DNA of 64,000 bases, taken from positions 310,434,001-310,498,000 of the forward strand of contig OZ024743.1 of the NCBI GenBank assembly GCA_964016885.1, read 5' to 3'. Numbering within the stretch: the stretch's first letter is position 1; each line of letters begins with the position of its first letter. The notes under the pieces were generated by a model. The model was not told where the DNA came from. It saw only the letters and a list, made by a program, of their open reading frames with translations, and did no database searches. This DNA comes from Eledone cirrhosa. Its lineage: Eukaryota. A program made the position numbers and the translations under genes. Shown one piece after another: positions 49,647 to 63,330 of the stretch.

Positions 49647-52600
49647 ATGGCACTGGAACAAGACAACACAAATTCAAACTCCAATATCAATGAGGAAATC
49701 CTGAAAATCCTAAAAGAGATAAATGGAAAACTCACCATTCTGACAAAAAAACAGGATATACCCCAAACCACCACACCGACTGACAACCAAATTTATTTAA
49801 ACGTTCAAAACGTATGCAACTCCATCGAAAAACTTATGAATACCAACACAGAACAAACGACATTGCTCCATATCAAAAACCAAATGGGACACCTCTGGAA
49901 AAAACATCTAAAAACCAGAAAATTCACTTTCTGGAATATGATAAAAAACCTCAACAAAGCTGGAATTTACCAAAAATGGATTAACTCAACACCGATAGTT
50001 TTACCACGTAAATTCCAAATAAAGCATATTACAAACGAACCTGAACCAGAAAGAAAACTCCGTGAACAAATGTCACTCAACAGGATAAACATGGAAATAG
50101 AACTCCTAAAATTAAGGGCCACCTCAAACGAGCAAGAGTATAAGGATACTGATAAAAATATGGAGGAAGAATGCACTAAAAAGGCCGAGGGAACAACCCT
50201 ACAAAATTTAATCAAATCGTGGAAACAGGGCTGCGAGAATGCAGAAACTATTTCCCTTAAACGGTGGGAAAAATCCGAAAACTGGTTCCTCAAATATGAA
50301 GAAGACTTTAAAAGGACGCACCAAACAGGTAACCCCTTTATAAAGCATTTGAACATAACAAGAACTACAACAGACACATTTACACCACCAAACCCAACAC
50401 ACACTAACCACAGGCACATCCCCCACCAACACAAACCAAATACGGCCAACTACACCAAAAGAAACACACCCAACCACCACAACACAGGTTTCCGTAGAAA
50501 TGCCCCCTACATAAACCAACGACGAAATAACATAGATCCAACTCACAACACACACACCACATTCCTCAGAAGAAATCCACCCAGACCACTTGAAATCACA
50601 ACAGAACTTACCCACAACCACACCAGACATCACCCTCAATCCAACAAAAGACAACCCCCCAGCCTCAACACTCTGTACCACAGAAATAACGCACCCAGAC
50701 CACATGAACCAACAACAGAACCCTTGCTCATCAACAACCACAACACATACCACCCCCACCATCACACTCACCCCCATGAAACAACAAGCTACAGACCCAC
50801 ACGCAACAGACCAACAAAATATAATCACACACAAAACTACATTCCTTTTTTAGGGAAAAGCCTGAAATACCAGGATACTCGATGGCCCCCCCCTCAGGAG
50901 AAACCAAAAATAATCAACCTCTCAAAGACACCTCTAACCAACACACAAATCAACATTTTAAGTAAGGGCCTGAAATTTACACCTACACCACGTAAACCAA
51001 ACTTCCCCGAAATGAAGGATGACATCATGGAATACTGCCGAAAGCTGCGACTAACGGAATTCTTCCACAACGACACCAACACTGAAGACGAATCACTGGT
51101 TAGAAATAAAAGCAATTTCTGCCCACAAAAGGGAAGAAATAAAGCACTAGACACGTACTGCGAACACATCACCAACTTTCCCTATGAAAAAATTACAAAT
51201 AAACACACGAAATCAAACCTATCTACACACGAATGGGAAGAATTATTCACACTTAGAAACAACCCTGAGATAACTATCAAAGAAGCCGATAAAGGCAGTA
51301 CTGTTGTCATTATGAATACGGACTACTATAGGACCCTCGCACTTAACATTTTAGAAAACAACACATACTATGAAAAAACAGAAAACTACAAACACACCAA
51401 AACAATGGGGAACCTTTTGACCTTACTGAATAAATACCGCAACAGCTTAACCACAAAAGAGTTTAACTATATAAGCCACTTCAAATGCAATACAAGCTCT
51501 TTTTACGGGTTACCGAAACTTCACAAATGTAAACCCATAAACGATGCATGTGACACCTCAACCAACAATTACATTGAACTAACACCACCAGAAGACCTAA
51601 AACTCAGGCCAATTATAGCAGGCCCTACATGTGAAACCCACAGACTTAGCAACTTTCTGGACATCCTACTGAAACCCTTTCTACAACATATACAGAGCTA
51701 CATACGAGATGACCTTGACATGCTGAAACACCTCCCTAAAACAGTAAGTGCAAATACAATTCTTGTCTCCTTTGACGTAATAAACCTCTACACAAACATA
51801 CCCCACAACTATGGAATAACAGCAGTCCAATACTGGCTTAACACACACCCATCAGAAATACCGACACGCATCAACACAGATTTTATCACTGACGGACTCC
51901 GCTTTATCCTACAAAATAACTACTTCACATTCAATGGTTCAACATACAGACAAGTATCAGGTACGGCAATGGGCACGAAAGTAGCACCCACATATGCCAA
52001 CCTAGTCATGGGATTCCATGAACAACAAATATACAGTCAGTCCCTTCTCTTATTTGGAGACTCTTTCCACACACACCTCAAAGCCAATTGGAAAAGATAT
52101 CTAGACGACTGCTTTATCCTATGGCAAGAAGACATGAACTCACTTACTACGTTTAAAAACATGATAAACAACATAGATAATAACATACAATTCACAATGG
52201 AATCCAATCCTAAGGAATTAGCCTTCTTGGATATTCTCATCTCTGTAATAGACGGGAAATTAGATACAGATATATTCTATAAACCCACAGATTCCAAGCA
52301 TTACCTCTTTTTCACATCAAGTCACCCAAAACATACAAAACTTAACATTCCTTACAATTTGGCCAAACGTATATGTACCATAGTATCAGATCCACCTAAA
52401 CGGGAGCAAAGACTAAAGGAACTAAAAGACACCCTTATCTTAAGAGCCTTTCCACTTGAAATAATCAACAATGGAATAGACAGGGCAAAACACCTAAATC
52501 CCCATCAACTTAACAATCCAAAACAGAAAACCACACTCAACACCCTGCCATATGTATCCACTTTCAACCCCAGAAATACCGAAATGTTTGATCACCTACA

Positions 52601-53159
52601 CAAAAACCTCCCCATCCTACTTAAAGATGTAAAAATGAAGTCTATTCTTGAAACACACAAGATCCTTAAAAGTAAAAGACAACCCAAATCACTTAAACGC
52701 ATTCTCACTGGACCAAATATACCCAAACCAATCCTCAACCCTACAGTTACCAAATGTGGTAGAACAAACTGTGGAACGTGCCTCTACCTCACTGAAGGAC
52801 AAACATTTACATTCAAAGATGGCCAAACATTTACAGTAAAAAACAATTTCACCTGCAACTCGGAGAACTTGATTTACGCAATAACTTGCGGTGGGTGCAA
52901 ACACAACTACATAGGAAAGACGGGCACCTCATTACGCAAAAGAATGACCATCCACCGCCAACAAATCCGGGACGCTAACACAAGAAAAATCCCCTTGAGC
53001 AGCCATATTGCGAACTGCGCAGGAATGACACTACCCAACTTTAAAATCTTCCCCTTCTACAAGTGCTCAGATTCGTTCACACAGCAACAAAGAATAAACA
53101 AAGAAAATCTATTCCTTAACAAATTTAAACCAAAACTAAACGGGTTATCACCCCAATAG
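49647..53159 (+). CDS. PLE polyprotein: RT plus GIY-YIG endonuclease (1170 aa, uninterrupted)
   Basis: LSKGLKFTPTP, IKEADKGS, YGLPKLHK, LRPII, SFDVINLYTNIP, GTAMGT..APTYANL, RYLDD, FLD, FYKPTD. Cys linker CGRTNCGTC. NLIYAITC..C...YIGKT...RKRM..H. Confidence 0.96.
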   Translation: MALEQDNTNSNSNINEEILKILKEINGKLTILTKKQDIPQTTTPTDNQIYLNVQNVCNSIEKLMNTNTEQTTLLHIKNQMGHLWKKHLKTRKFTFWNMIKNLNKAGIYQKWINSTPIVLPRKFQIKHITNEPEPERKLREQMSLNRINMEIELLKLRATSNEQEYKDTDKNMEEECTKKAEGTTLQNLIKSWKQGCENAETISLKRWEKSENWFLKYEEDFKRTHQTGNPFIKHLNITRTTTDTFTPPNPTHTNHRHIPHQHKPNTANYTKRNTPNHHNTGFRRNAPYINQRRNNIDPTHNTHTTFLRRNPPRPLEITTELTHNHTRHHPQSNKRQPPSLNTLYHRNNAPRPHEPTTEPLLINNHNTYHPHHHTHPHETTSYRPTRNRPTKYNHTQNYIPFLGKSLKYQDTRWPPPQEKPKIINLSKTPLTNTQINILSKGLKFTPTPRKPNFPEMKDDIMEYCRKLRLTEFFHNDTNTEDESLVRNKSNFCPQKGRNKALDTYCEHITNFPYEKITNKHTKSNLSTHEWEELFTLRNNPEITIKEADKGSTVVIMNTDYYRTLALNILENNTYYEKTENYKHTKTMGNLLTLLNKYRNSLTTKEFNYISHFKCNTSSFYGLPKLHKCKPINDACDTSTNNYIELTPPEDLKLRPIIAGPTCETHRLSNFLDILLKPFLQHIQSYIRDDLDMLKHLPKTVSANTILVSFDVINLYTNIPHNYGITAVQYWLNTHPSEIPTRINTDFITDGLRFILQNNYFTFNGSTYRQVSGTAMGTKVAPTYANLVMGFHEQQIYSQSLLLFGDSFHTHLKANWKRYLDDCFILWQEDMNSLTTFKNMINNIDNNIQFTMESNPKELAFLDILISVIDGKLDTDIFYKPTDSKHYLFFTSSHPKHTKLNIPYNLAKRICTIVSDPPKREQRLKELKDTLILRAFPLEIINNGIDRAKHLNPHQLNNPKQKTTLNTLPYVSTFNPRNTEMFDHLHKNLPILLKDVKMKSILETHKILKSKRQPKSLKRILTGPNIPKPILNPTVTKCGRTNCGTCLYLTEGQTFTFKDGQTFTVKNNFTCNSENLIYAITCGGCKHNYIGKTGTSLRKRMTIHRQQIRDANTRKIPLSSHIANCAGMTLPNFKIFPFYKCSDSFTQQQRINKENLFLNKFKPKLNGLSPQ

Positions 53160-53439
53160 AATTGTCATAAAATATAAACACACATACGCACGGAATCACT
53201 ACTATTAAAGACCAGAGACCAATTCTGTAGAATCAGGTTTATTCATTGACAGACCATGCCTTTGTGTGACCAACACATCCATGTTAAACCCTGCACGTGC
53301 ACACACATATATCTATATATATATGCGCACACAGAATTCACCACTGTCGGTTGCGGGGCCCAATCTACATGAAGAACTCAATGTGATCAGAATGACTTGT
53401 ATTTTAATTTCACTGCCCCAACTTCTTATATTATGGAAA

Positions 53440-53759
53440 AAATATATGTGTCTGTATGTATATATATATATATATATTTGAAGGCCATTTCTCTGTGTGT
53501 GGGTGTATGTATGTGTATATGTGTGTGTGTGTGTATGTGTGTGCATGTGGATGTATGTATTGTGTGTGCGTGTGTGTGTATGTATGTGGGTATCTGGATG
53601 TATGCGTATGTGTATATATATATATATATATATATGCGTGTGTGTGTGTGTGTGTGTATATATATGTGTGTGTATGTGTGTGTATATATATGTGTGTGTG
53701 TATGTTTGTATGTGTGTATGTATATATATATGTGTGTGTGTGTGTGTATGTATGTGTGG

Positions 53760-53829
<70 letters not shown>

Positions 53830-53896
53830 ATATATATATATGTGTGTGTGTGTGTGTATGTATGTGTGTATCTGGATGTATGTGTATGTATATATA

Positions 53897-53951
<55 letters not shown>

Positions 53952-54105
53952 ATGTGTGTGTATGTGTATATATATATGTGTGTGTGTGTATGTGTGTATG
54001 TATATGTATGTGTGTGTGTATGTATGTGTGTATATGTATATATATATATATATATGTATATGTATATGTATGTATGTGTGGATGAAGGTATGTGTGTATA
54101 TATAG
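53440..54105. repeat. Mixed (TA)/(TG) microsatellite inside the PLE 3' UTR
   Basis: Seen directly, between the ORF stop and the 3' pLTR. Confidence 0.93.
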
Positions 54106-54593
54106 GTGTAAGTGCACTAAATCCCTTTCTATCACGCTCCACTCTCCTACCCATCACAGGAAGATATGTGTATGTATATTGCTTCCACCCCCTCACTGAC
54201 CAGCAGCTGGCGATTGCTAAATCTGACCTTTATAAAATAACCCACACCCCAAATAACTTCTCATTCACTACCAGAAAGGGACACAGCAGTCAACCTGTTG
54301 TTGCTACCAAGATGAAAACTGCTATGAAATCCCACAATGAATTTTATACTTGAATTTTCAAGTCTCAAATTTTAACTCTTCGTATTATTAATTTTTCTTA
54401 ATATTAATCAACATTTGAAAAGATGGCTTTTGCAGACCCATCGAAACCGGTCATTTTTTATACCCTTTATTATTTCCTTACCTTATAAAATTATGTTTTT
54501 TCACAAAAAAGTATTCTGTCTCTTATATATTCCATGTGCCATTACCAACCTCAATTTTCTCTATAACCTTCGCTTTGTGTAGAAAATTACACT

Positions 54594-54705
<112 letters not shown>

Positions 54706-56224
54706 GTATAACGCAGATAGACGATGAAACAAAAAGGTACAGAGATAAGTTTTTATCGGAGAAAAGATATCACCCCAAACACACATCTGTGATATACTAG
54801 ATTTGCAGTAGTGTTAAAGTAATAGCGATAGCTATAAAGAGATTATTTCTCAATCGAGGTTTTGGTGGTGGTGGTGTTTGCGGGGCACGGTATGAGGGAG
54901 GGCGAAAGCTGTATTTTTCTTAATTGAACTAAGAGGTTTTTTAAGTCGTCAATTATATTAAGCATATGTTGTTGTGCAATTAACTATATAAGGATTGGTA
55001 TATTATTAATTGTTTTGAGGCAAAATAAAATAATTCACTTATTTTCTTTCTCGTATATCCATCCAGCCACAGGTGATATTTTACTTCAACAAAATTATGT
55101 ACGTGCTATGTCAATAATTTGCGTGACTTAATCGTCAACACATAAATAATTTCTGCAGGTTTAGACACTACGATGTTAATCTCCTATCGTACTTATAGCT
55201 AAACAGTTATTGTGCATTTTAGTCAGGAATTGGAAGATGGAGATTTTTTTTTTGATTTTGGGATGATGAAGACGGTGTTAACCCTTGGAAAATTGATATA
55301 AGCTTAACCATTACCTCATTATTTTCCTGATATGTGATAATATTCTATGATTTATTTCATTTAATTTCTCACAATTCTGTGTTGTATAATATACAACTAA
55401 AAAGCATATTGTAATTGTGAATAACATATTGTAGATAAGGCGGTGAATTGGCAGAGTTGTTAGGACGCCAGATAGAATTCTCTGAGTTCAAATCAAAGCG
55501 AGGATTTCATTGCCTATTGTTCTTTTGGAGCTCGATAAATGTATTACCAGTCATATAAAACGATCGATCCTTCCTATTTATCTCGTTCTTCTCGTCATTT
55601 TCTGAAAGAAATCGGTTATGTTCAAAATTGGCGAAAGATGGGTTCCGCCAGGTTTCAATACACGAATATGATGTTATTGTTGTTGTAGCATTAGTGATGG
55701 TGGTGCTTGTGGTGTTATTGGTGGTGGTGGCGGTGGTGGTAGTGGTGTTGATGGTAGTCGGGGATTGTTATTTGTGATGTTTATGCTGGTTCTGTTGGGA
55801 CTAATGCTAGAGGTAGTAGTAGTAGTAGTAGTATTAGTAGTAGTAGCAGCAGCAGTATTACTACTAGTAGTAGTAATAGTTGTGGCTGCTGCAATAAATT
55901 AGTTTCCATGAAGAGGGAAAATTAATAATTAGATTTGTTCCAAGGGTCACAGTAAACTCGAACGTGATCTGTATATTTATGCATGCTGGTTGATAACCCA
56001 GCCACCTATACACACAGATAACCATTAGAAATCGATATCAATCATACGTCAGTTTTGATAACAATTTCGTTGACCAAAATAACATACGGAAAACAAACCG
56101 AAACTAAATTTAACGTTCGTACATACATACACATTCACCCATACTTACACATATGCATATACAATATGCATACACATATATTACAATATGACCCTCCCCA
56201 AGTATAACAACATATATATATATG

Positions 56225-56358
<134 letters not shown>

Positions 56359-56863
56359 TCATATACTCACACACACACATACACACACATATATAACCAT
56401 TCTCTAAATATATATATATATATCACTTTCGGTGAATGCTGTGTTGGTACATTCTTATATTTGTTTTCTTATATTTGTTATTTTTTCTCTGACATCGCTT
56501 CGGTGTGTGTGTGTGAGTGTGTGTGTACCCACCCACACTAACTGTGACCTTTTATAATTCTACAAGTTTGATACTGTGTTGATGTGTGTATATATATGTA
56601 TATATTTTTTCTCTGATCTCGAGCCGGTGTATATGGGTGTGGAGTGTGTGTGTACCCACTCACATTAACTATATCCCTACAGATTTGATTGGTGTCCAGC
56701 GTCTTTTGCAGCAATAGAAATCTGACAACTTTTATGATCTCAACTGAAGTTAATTGCAGTCGCCATGTCTCCGACTGGTGTGTCTTCATATGAGGGAATG
56801 AATTCTGTGAGAGAACATCGTTATTTTTTTCCCTCATATCAAGAATATGAAGACAATTCATTT

Positions 56864-56937
56864 TCACCTGATGAGATCAGTGATAATCGATCATGGCTTC
56901 ACAATCGATCTATCTCTTATTGAAACATGTGTCGTGA
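56864..56937 (+). ncRNA. Candidate hammerhead with a long, irregular stem II
   Basis: TCAC-CTGATGA-(47 nt)-GAAA-CATGTG-TC-GTGA. Confidence 0.55.
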
Positions 56938-57360
56938 TTAAATGATTGGAATTTTACCTTGCCTTCGGATTTTCATTTTGATACTTATACTGTTTTACAT
57001 CATCTAGCTGTTCCCTTGAATGGAATTGGAGATATACAAAAGCGTGGAGAACTTAATATTGCTAACATAAATGTATTGGACCATTTTACACAACCAATAA
57101 TGCACCTTACTATATAACAACTATATATATATATATATTTATTGTAAGTATGTATGTATGTTTTACGTACATACATATATGTATACAGACGTACAGTAGT
57201 ATGTATATACATACATACATGCACACATATATATATATGTACGTATGGATTCACCGAACATTTATTATAATGCTCGGTTTCTTTGTAAACAAACATCCCG
57301 AATTAAGCCGTACAGTGTTTACCAACCATCGTTGCCCTTTTGTTCAACACTGACAAAGGA

Positions 57361-57403
57361 ACGATGTACTAGTTTCAAGCTTATTAGCTATCGTCAGCAT
57401 CGT
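57361..57403 (-). ncRNA. Type I minimal hammerhead ribozyme (unit 1)
   Basis: Minus strand: ACGATG-CTGACGA-T AGC taataa GCT T-GAAA-CTAG-TA-CATCGT. Confidence 0.88.
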
Positions 57404-57782
57404 ATACCTTCCTGCTAGATGGTTGAACGTCTGAAAGTATATACTTTCCTTATGCATATTAATGGCTGAGAAGCCTAATTTGCATATCGAGTGAGTTTAG
57501 TCGGCCGGGCGCACCGAAAACGATAAATGGAATAGAATTAAACGAAATTTCATTTCTCACTCTTAGTAAGGCAGTTACTTAAATGTAAGTATGTATATAT
57601 GTATACAGACCTACAGTAGTATGTATATATATATATATACATGCACATATATATATGCATGTATGGGTTTACCGAACAATTATTATAATGCTCGGTTTGT
57701 TTGTAAACAAACAAACAGCCCGAATTACGCCGTACAGTGTTTAGGCAACCACGTCACCTTTTTGTTCAACACTGACACAGGA

Positions 57783-57825
57783 ACGATGTACTAGTTTCAA
57801 GCTTATTAGCTATCGTCAGCATCGT
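57783..57825 (-). ncRNA. Type I minimal hammerhead ribozyme (unit 2)
   Basis: Identical to 57361-57403. Confidence 0.88.
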
Positions 57826-58291
57826 ATACCTTCCTGCCAGATGGTTGAACGTCTGAAAGTATATACTTTCCTTATGCATATTAACGTCTGAGCAGCCTAA
57901 TTTGCATATCGAGTGAGTTTAGTCGGCCGGGCGCACCGAAAACGATAAATGGAATAGAATGAAACGAAATTTCATTTCTCACTCTTAGTACGGCAGTTAC
58001 TTAAATGTAAGTATGTATGTATAGGTACATACATATATGTATACATACGTACAGTAGTATGTATATATATGCATACATGCAAACATATATATATATGCAC
58101 GTATCGGTTTACCGAACATTTATTATAATGCTCGGTTTGTTTGTAAACAAACAAACAGCCCGAATTACGCTGTACAGTGTTTAGGCAACCACGTTTGTTT
58201 ATTCATATATATTCTATATATTTATTAAAATATATATAATCCTCTTTGGATTTTAGTCTTCAAATTTATTATTATTACTATATATATACAC

Positions 58292-58506
<215 letters not shown>

Positions 58507-58632
58507 TATAATTGTTCTGCATCCCCTTGCATTGAACCATTAAGTTACTAAGACAAAACCTATATATTTGCTAGCATAGGTATGCATCTGTATATATATA
58601 TGTTGGTAGATATACTAATTCTTTATATATAT

Positions 58633-58727
58633 ATAGGAAAATGTTCAAAATCCCGACGGCAGAACTAAAGCCATTTCGACGGCTATTTCTGGACTGCTCT
58701 GCCGTCGGGGTCTTGAATATTTCCCTA
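58633..58727. repeat. Fold-back with ~31-bp arms in a pLTR-like module between (TA)n runs
   Basis: ATAGGAAAATGTTCAAAATCCCGACGGCAGA / TCTGCCGTCGGGGTCTTGAATATTTCCCTAT. Confidence 0.8.
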
Positions 58728-58828
58728 TTACCCACTCTACTACCCTAATTATTGAGTACTCTGGTGCGTTATGGTGGTCCATCAGGTTTCTTACCACACT
58801 TCCTTCGTTATATATATATACATATATT

Positions 58829-58930
<102 letters not shown>

Positions 58931-60679
58931 AAATATAACCAATTCATTCTAAAACTTTTCTTTAAGGTCCTATGTAAAACAAAGATAGAAAGTTTCTACC
59001 CTTATATAGAAAAGCCACACCCCGACGAAACGGTCAATTGATTGTAAGTTTGTGGGTTTACAGTCTGGAACTAGCTGTTGAAACGGCAAGAGATGAACCG
59101 TCGGGCCCCGACTCTTTATAATGTGGTCATATTCTACTATACCAAGTATCGAGTACTCTGTTGTGTAATGGTCTAACTCGTTTAAATCTGGTTCTAAGCT
59201 GATATATATGACATTTCTGTTTAATTTTTACACTCAGACTCACACTCACACATGCAAATATATATATTTATATATGTGTATATTTATTTATTTTCCGATG
59301 CATTTTATTGGCACAGATTGAAAAAGTTGGCCTTCAGGGTTAACGAAACGTACGCGACTGCTATGGCGCCGTTGTAGTAACTGGTCTTAATAATTATATT
59401 CAAACTCGCACTACGGTCGTGAGTTGTTCTATTCTATACCTTAATTATTTTTACATACCTATTACCATCATGTATTTTTTACATGAATTTTTTGTGTATC
59501 GACCTGTTACGCGCGTTTTCCCGAGGATTGGCTCAGCGTCACTCATAGAATCTGTAGACCCGACTTCATTATCGATCTGCTCTTCTGACTGGTGATTCAA
59601 CAAAAAAGACAGTGTTTGTAGTGATTTGTAAGATGGTGGGTATATATAAACATAGACCCTATTTCTTTTTGTTTATGTGAGCATATGTATGTGCTTGAGT
59701 GCATAGGCACGACTTCTCGGTGCATATACATACTTTCATTTGAGTATATGTCTCTGTGTGTTTGTTTATTCATATGAGTGTATTTGTGGTTGTTTATATA
59801 TGTGGGCGCATGTGTATGTCGGTATGGATGTTCAAGTGCTGGCGTGTCAGCTGAACATTCAGGGTGTTGTTTTTGTTAGATAGTTGGGATTCATAAATAG
59901 GAAGTGAAAACAATGACCATTCATCAGGAGGCTGTGGAGTTATCTGTGCCATGCTACGACGACCCCGTCTAGAGTCAAAACGTCTGTAATGACAATCATC
60001 AGTCTGGTGTATATGTATATATTTCACGGACACACTCTCACACTGAGGTAATTTAATTTGATATTTAACCACTGTTACTCTATAGTCTTGTTTACACACT
60101 AAAAATCTTTTCCGAAAAAGAATGCTCAAATGATTGGAAAACTTAATAGAATAGAATATGAGATAAATAAATCTATATCAGAATGGTTTATAAATTGGAA
60201 ATATAAATCTTTTGACAATCCGGTATGATATCTGCCTCGGCATCAAGCTTTGAAGAATCAAAATTCTGTCAAATAACGAAAGAATCAAAATAATAAATGA
60301 AGAAATGGTCTGTTTAGTATAAACGTTTACCATATATAACAATTTCTTATTATTTGCAGGTTTACTTTGATGTTTATATAGTGAATTTACAAAAGTTTCA
60401 CGGACGTTAACTAAAAATTGTATTCCTTTACTATATTAATTTATAGACATCGCATCCTAATTATGTGAAATAAAATATTGTCCACACAGGAGTCTCCTTT
60501 GTACAGAGTATATAGTGTAAAAATAGGCCGTATTGGTACAGGAGTACAAGAGGCACAAAAGTATTGCGTGCATTGCTCATTGGAATTGTAGTAATGAGTG
60601 GAAACTGCAGAACCCTTGTTCATTTATAATGACTCGCTTTTGGTCGTTAATTTTGACGACATTTGATCTCAGTTCAAAA

Positions 60680-60773
<94 letters not shown>

Positions 60774-60774
60774 T

Positions 60775-60810
<36 letters not shown>
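60680..60810. repeat. (AGT)n microsatellite
   Basis: Seen directly. Confidence 0.96.
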
Positions 60811-61207
60811 TTAATGCCAAACATAAACAGAATCCCATAAGTTTGGTCGGAAGGGATCATCGATCAAATTTACCCAGGAATTGTCTATACTTTATTCTAT
60901 ATTTGAACAAAATATAATGCAACAGGCATGCTGCTCATTTAGTTACTATAAATAGTATGTATGCTTAGCTCTGTAACTCCTAAGGGAATCGTATTGACAT
61001 ACGTCGTTTCTAGGGTACTTTTTAAAACCTGAGAGAGCTCATCTCTTCTCAAGGTCAGATTTCTCCCAGAAAAGAATAGCGAGTGAAGAAGAGGAAAGGA
61101 GGACGTACAGAGGAAGAATCGACTTTACTACTAGACTGGTAGGTTTTTTTTTATCGACCTTGAATGGATTTTAGGCGGGATTTGAACTCAGAGAGTCGAA
61201 ACGAATA

Positions 61208-61391
61208 AGTAATATTCCGTTATAACGAAATTCACAGGGTATCAAGAAATTCGTGGTAAGGAAAAATTCTTTATAACTAGATTGACAGAAACAAATCGGG
61301 CATGTGTTTGTTATTACCTCGGGGATGGAAAAAAATTTCGTTATACTGAAAATTCACTATAATGGTATGCGTTATAACGGAATTTTATCTG
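61208..61391. mobile_element. pogo/Tigger-type MITE
   Basis: Terminal inverted repeats AGTAATATTCCGTTATAACG / CGTTATAACGGAATTTTATCTG followed by TA; internal TTATAAC-like subrepeats. Confidence 0.7.
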
Positions 61392-61861
61392 TACCGCAAA
61401 ACCTTCTATCCAAATTTCTAACGGCTCTGTCAATTCACTGTAATTCAATAGTAAGATTGTTAAAATATATAGATCAGATACAGATTTGAACTCAGAAGGT
61501 AAAAAAACGTAGAGGCTAAACATGTAATATGTCCAACTGTCAAACTAGCCTGACAAGTCGCCACTCTCTGTTCATAAAACATATGTTTGCAGTAAAAATA
61601 ATTCATGCTATATATTCACCAACATATTTGCTGGCATAACATTATATATCTATATATCTAGGATAATAACATCAAATATACATATTGGTGTCAGACAACT
61701 TCTGAGTTCTTCAAAGTTATACGTTTATTATATATTACGAAGAGAAGGTGATATAAAATGTATTAGGTTATTTTCACATGAAACATCAACAGCGTTTTAT
61801 GTTTGTTGAAAAAGAGCACGTTGGGTCTATTTGAAATGTCAGGTTTTATGCAAGTGTGAGT

Positions 61862-61924
<63 letters not shown>

Positions 61925-62058
61925 TGTCTGTCTGTGTGTGTGTGTGTGTGCGTGCGTGCGTGTGTGTGTGCGTGTATGTGTGTGTGTGTATTTGTATGAG
62001 TATGTGTGTGTATCTGCGTGAGCGTGCATGAGACACTGTCAGATAGATAGAGTGAGAC

Positions 62059-62107
<49 letters not shown>

Positions 62108-62295
62108 TGTCTATATTGGTGAACTTTTAGGTCTATGTGTTTATTTAAATCATATTTTTTGTGTATCTATTCATTAATGTAACCCCACCACCACCATCAC
62201 GGACAAACAAAATACTTTTAAAATATTTACCTACATAGTGTGAGTGAAAAACATTTTTAAATTATGGATTTTGTTTGAAGAAAGGTTGTGTGTCT

Positions 62296-62450
62296 ATGTA
62301 TGAATGTATATTTGCATGTATGTATGTACGTACGTGTGTATATATGCATGTATATATGTATGAATGTATATTTGCATGTATGTATGTACGTACGTGTGTA
62401 TATATGCATGTATATATGTATGAATGTGTATATCAATGTATGTATGTAGT
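62296..62450. repeat. 60-bp tandem repeat (~2.5 units), TA/TG-rich
   Basis: Lines 62301-62360 and 62361-62420 are identical. Confidence 0.88.
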
Positions 62451-62551
62451 ATGTTTTTGTATATGCATGTATGTACGTATGTATGATTGCATGTATGAAT
62501 GTACATGCATATGTCTTTTGGTGCTTGAGGTGGGGCACATGTTTGTGTACG

Positions 62552-62593
<42 letters not shown>

Positions 62594-63047
62594 CTTGCGT
62601 ATGACATTATGCCTACACAAGTACTATCTATTTTTATGGCATTATGCTGTTGCGTTTCGTGGAGAGCATGTGTTTACTTATGTATATTGTGTGTCCTTGT
62701 ATATGTACAACTATGTATCTCCTTTTCATGACCGTAATATTCGTGCAGTGTACTGCATTCCATGTTTTATTGATAATTTCTCTCAGGAGAGACTTATTGT
62801 TGTTTTAACTCCCATGTTTTCTCCTATAAGTTTTATCTTCTATATTTTCCACGTTCAAATTATAAAACTTACGATTAAGCTCTATTAAACATGACTGGTA
62901 TGAAATATATCCATGCACCAAATAACCGGATAATGAAGAGGTATCAGGCTAAATTATACATTACCAGCATATCTTACTTTAATATCATGCTAGTCTTCGT
63001 CGCTTTCTTCTGGTTATTTTTGTAAACGTTTTACTTTGCCTATCATA

Positions 63048-63145
63048 ATTGTTTCTACTTTTGGCACGAGGCCAGCAAATACCCCAGCGCATTACTGGTA
63101 CTTTATTTTATCGACCCCGGAAGGATGAAAGGCAAAGTTAACCTC
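63048..63145 (-). mobile_element. SINE 3' half
   Basis: AATTGTTTCTACTTTTGGCACGAGGCC..ATCGACCCC..GGATGAAAGGC. Confidence 0.85.
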
Positions 63146-63174
63146 TAGTAATGCTATCAACATTTCCTCTGCAA

Positions 63175-63330
<156 letters not shown>

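Larger units (their letters stand above)
57143..58194 (-). repeat. ~2.5-unit tandem array, period 422 bp, hammerhead-containing (retrozyme-like)
   Basis: Matching landmarks at 57361/57783 and 57551/57973. Confidence 0.92.

Noticed and set aside
59920-60010. Two minus-strand CTGATGA motifs and a 111-aa ORF
   Set aside because: No correctly placed GAAA or stem III; the ORF has no recognisable homology.
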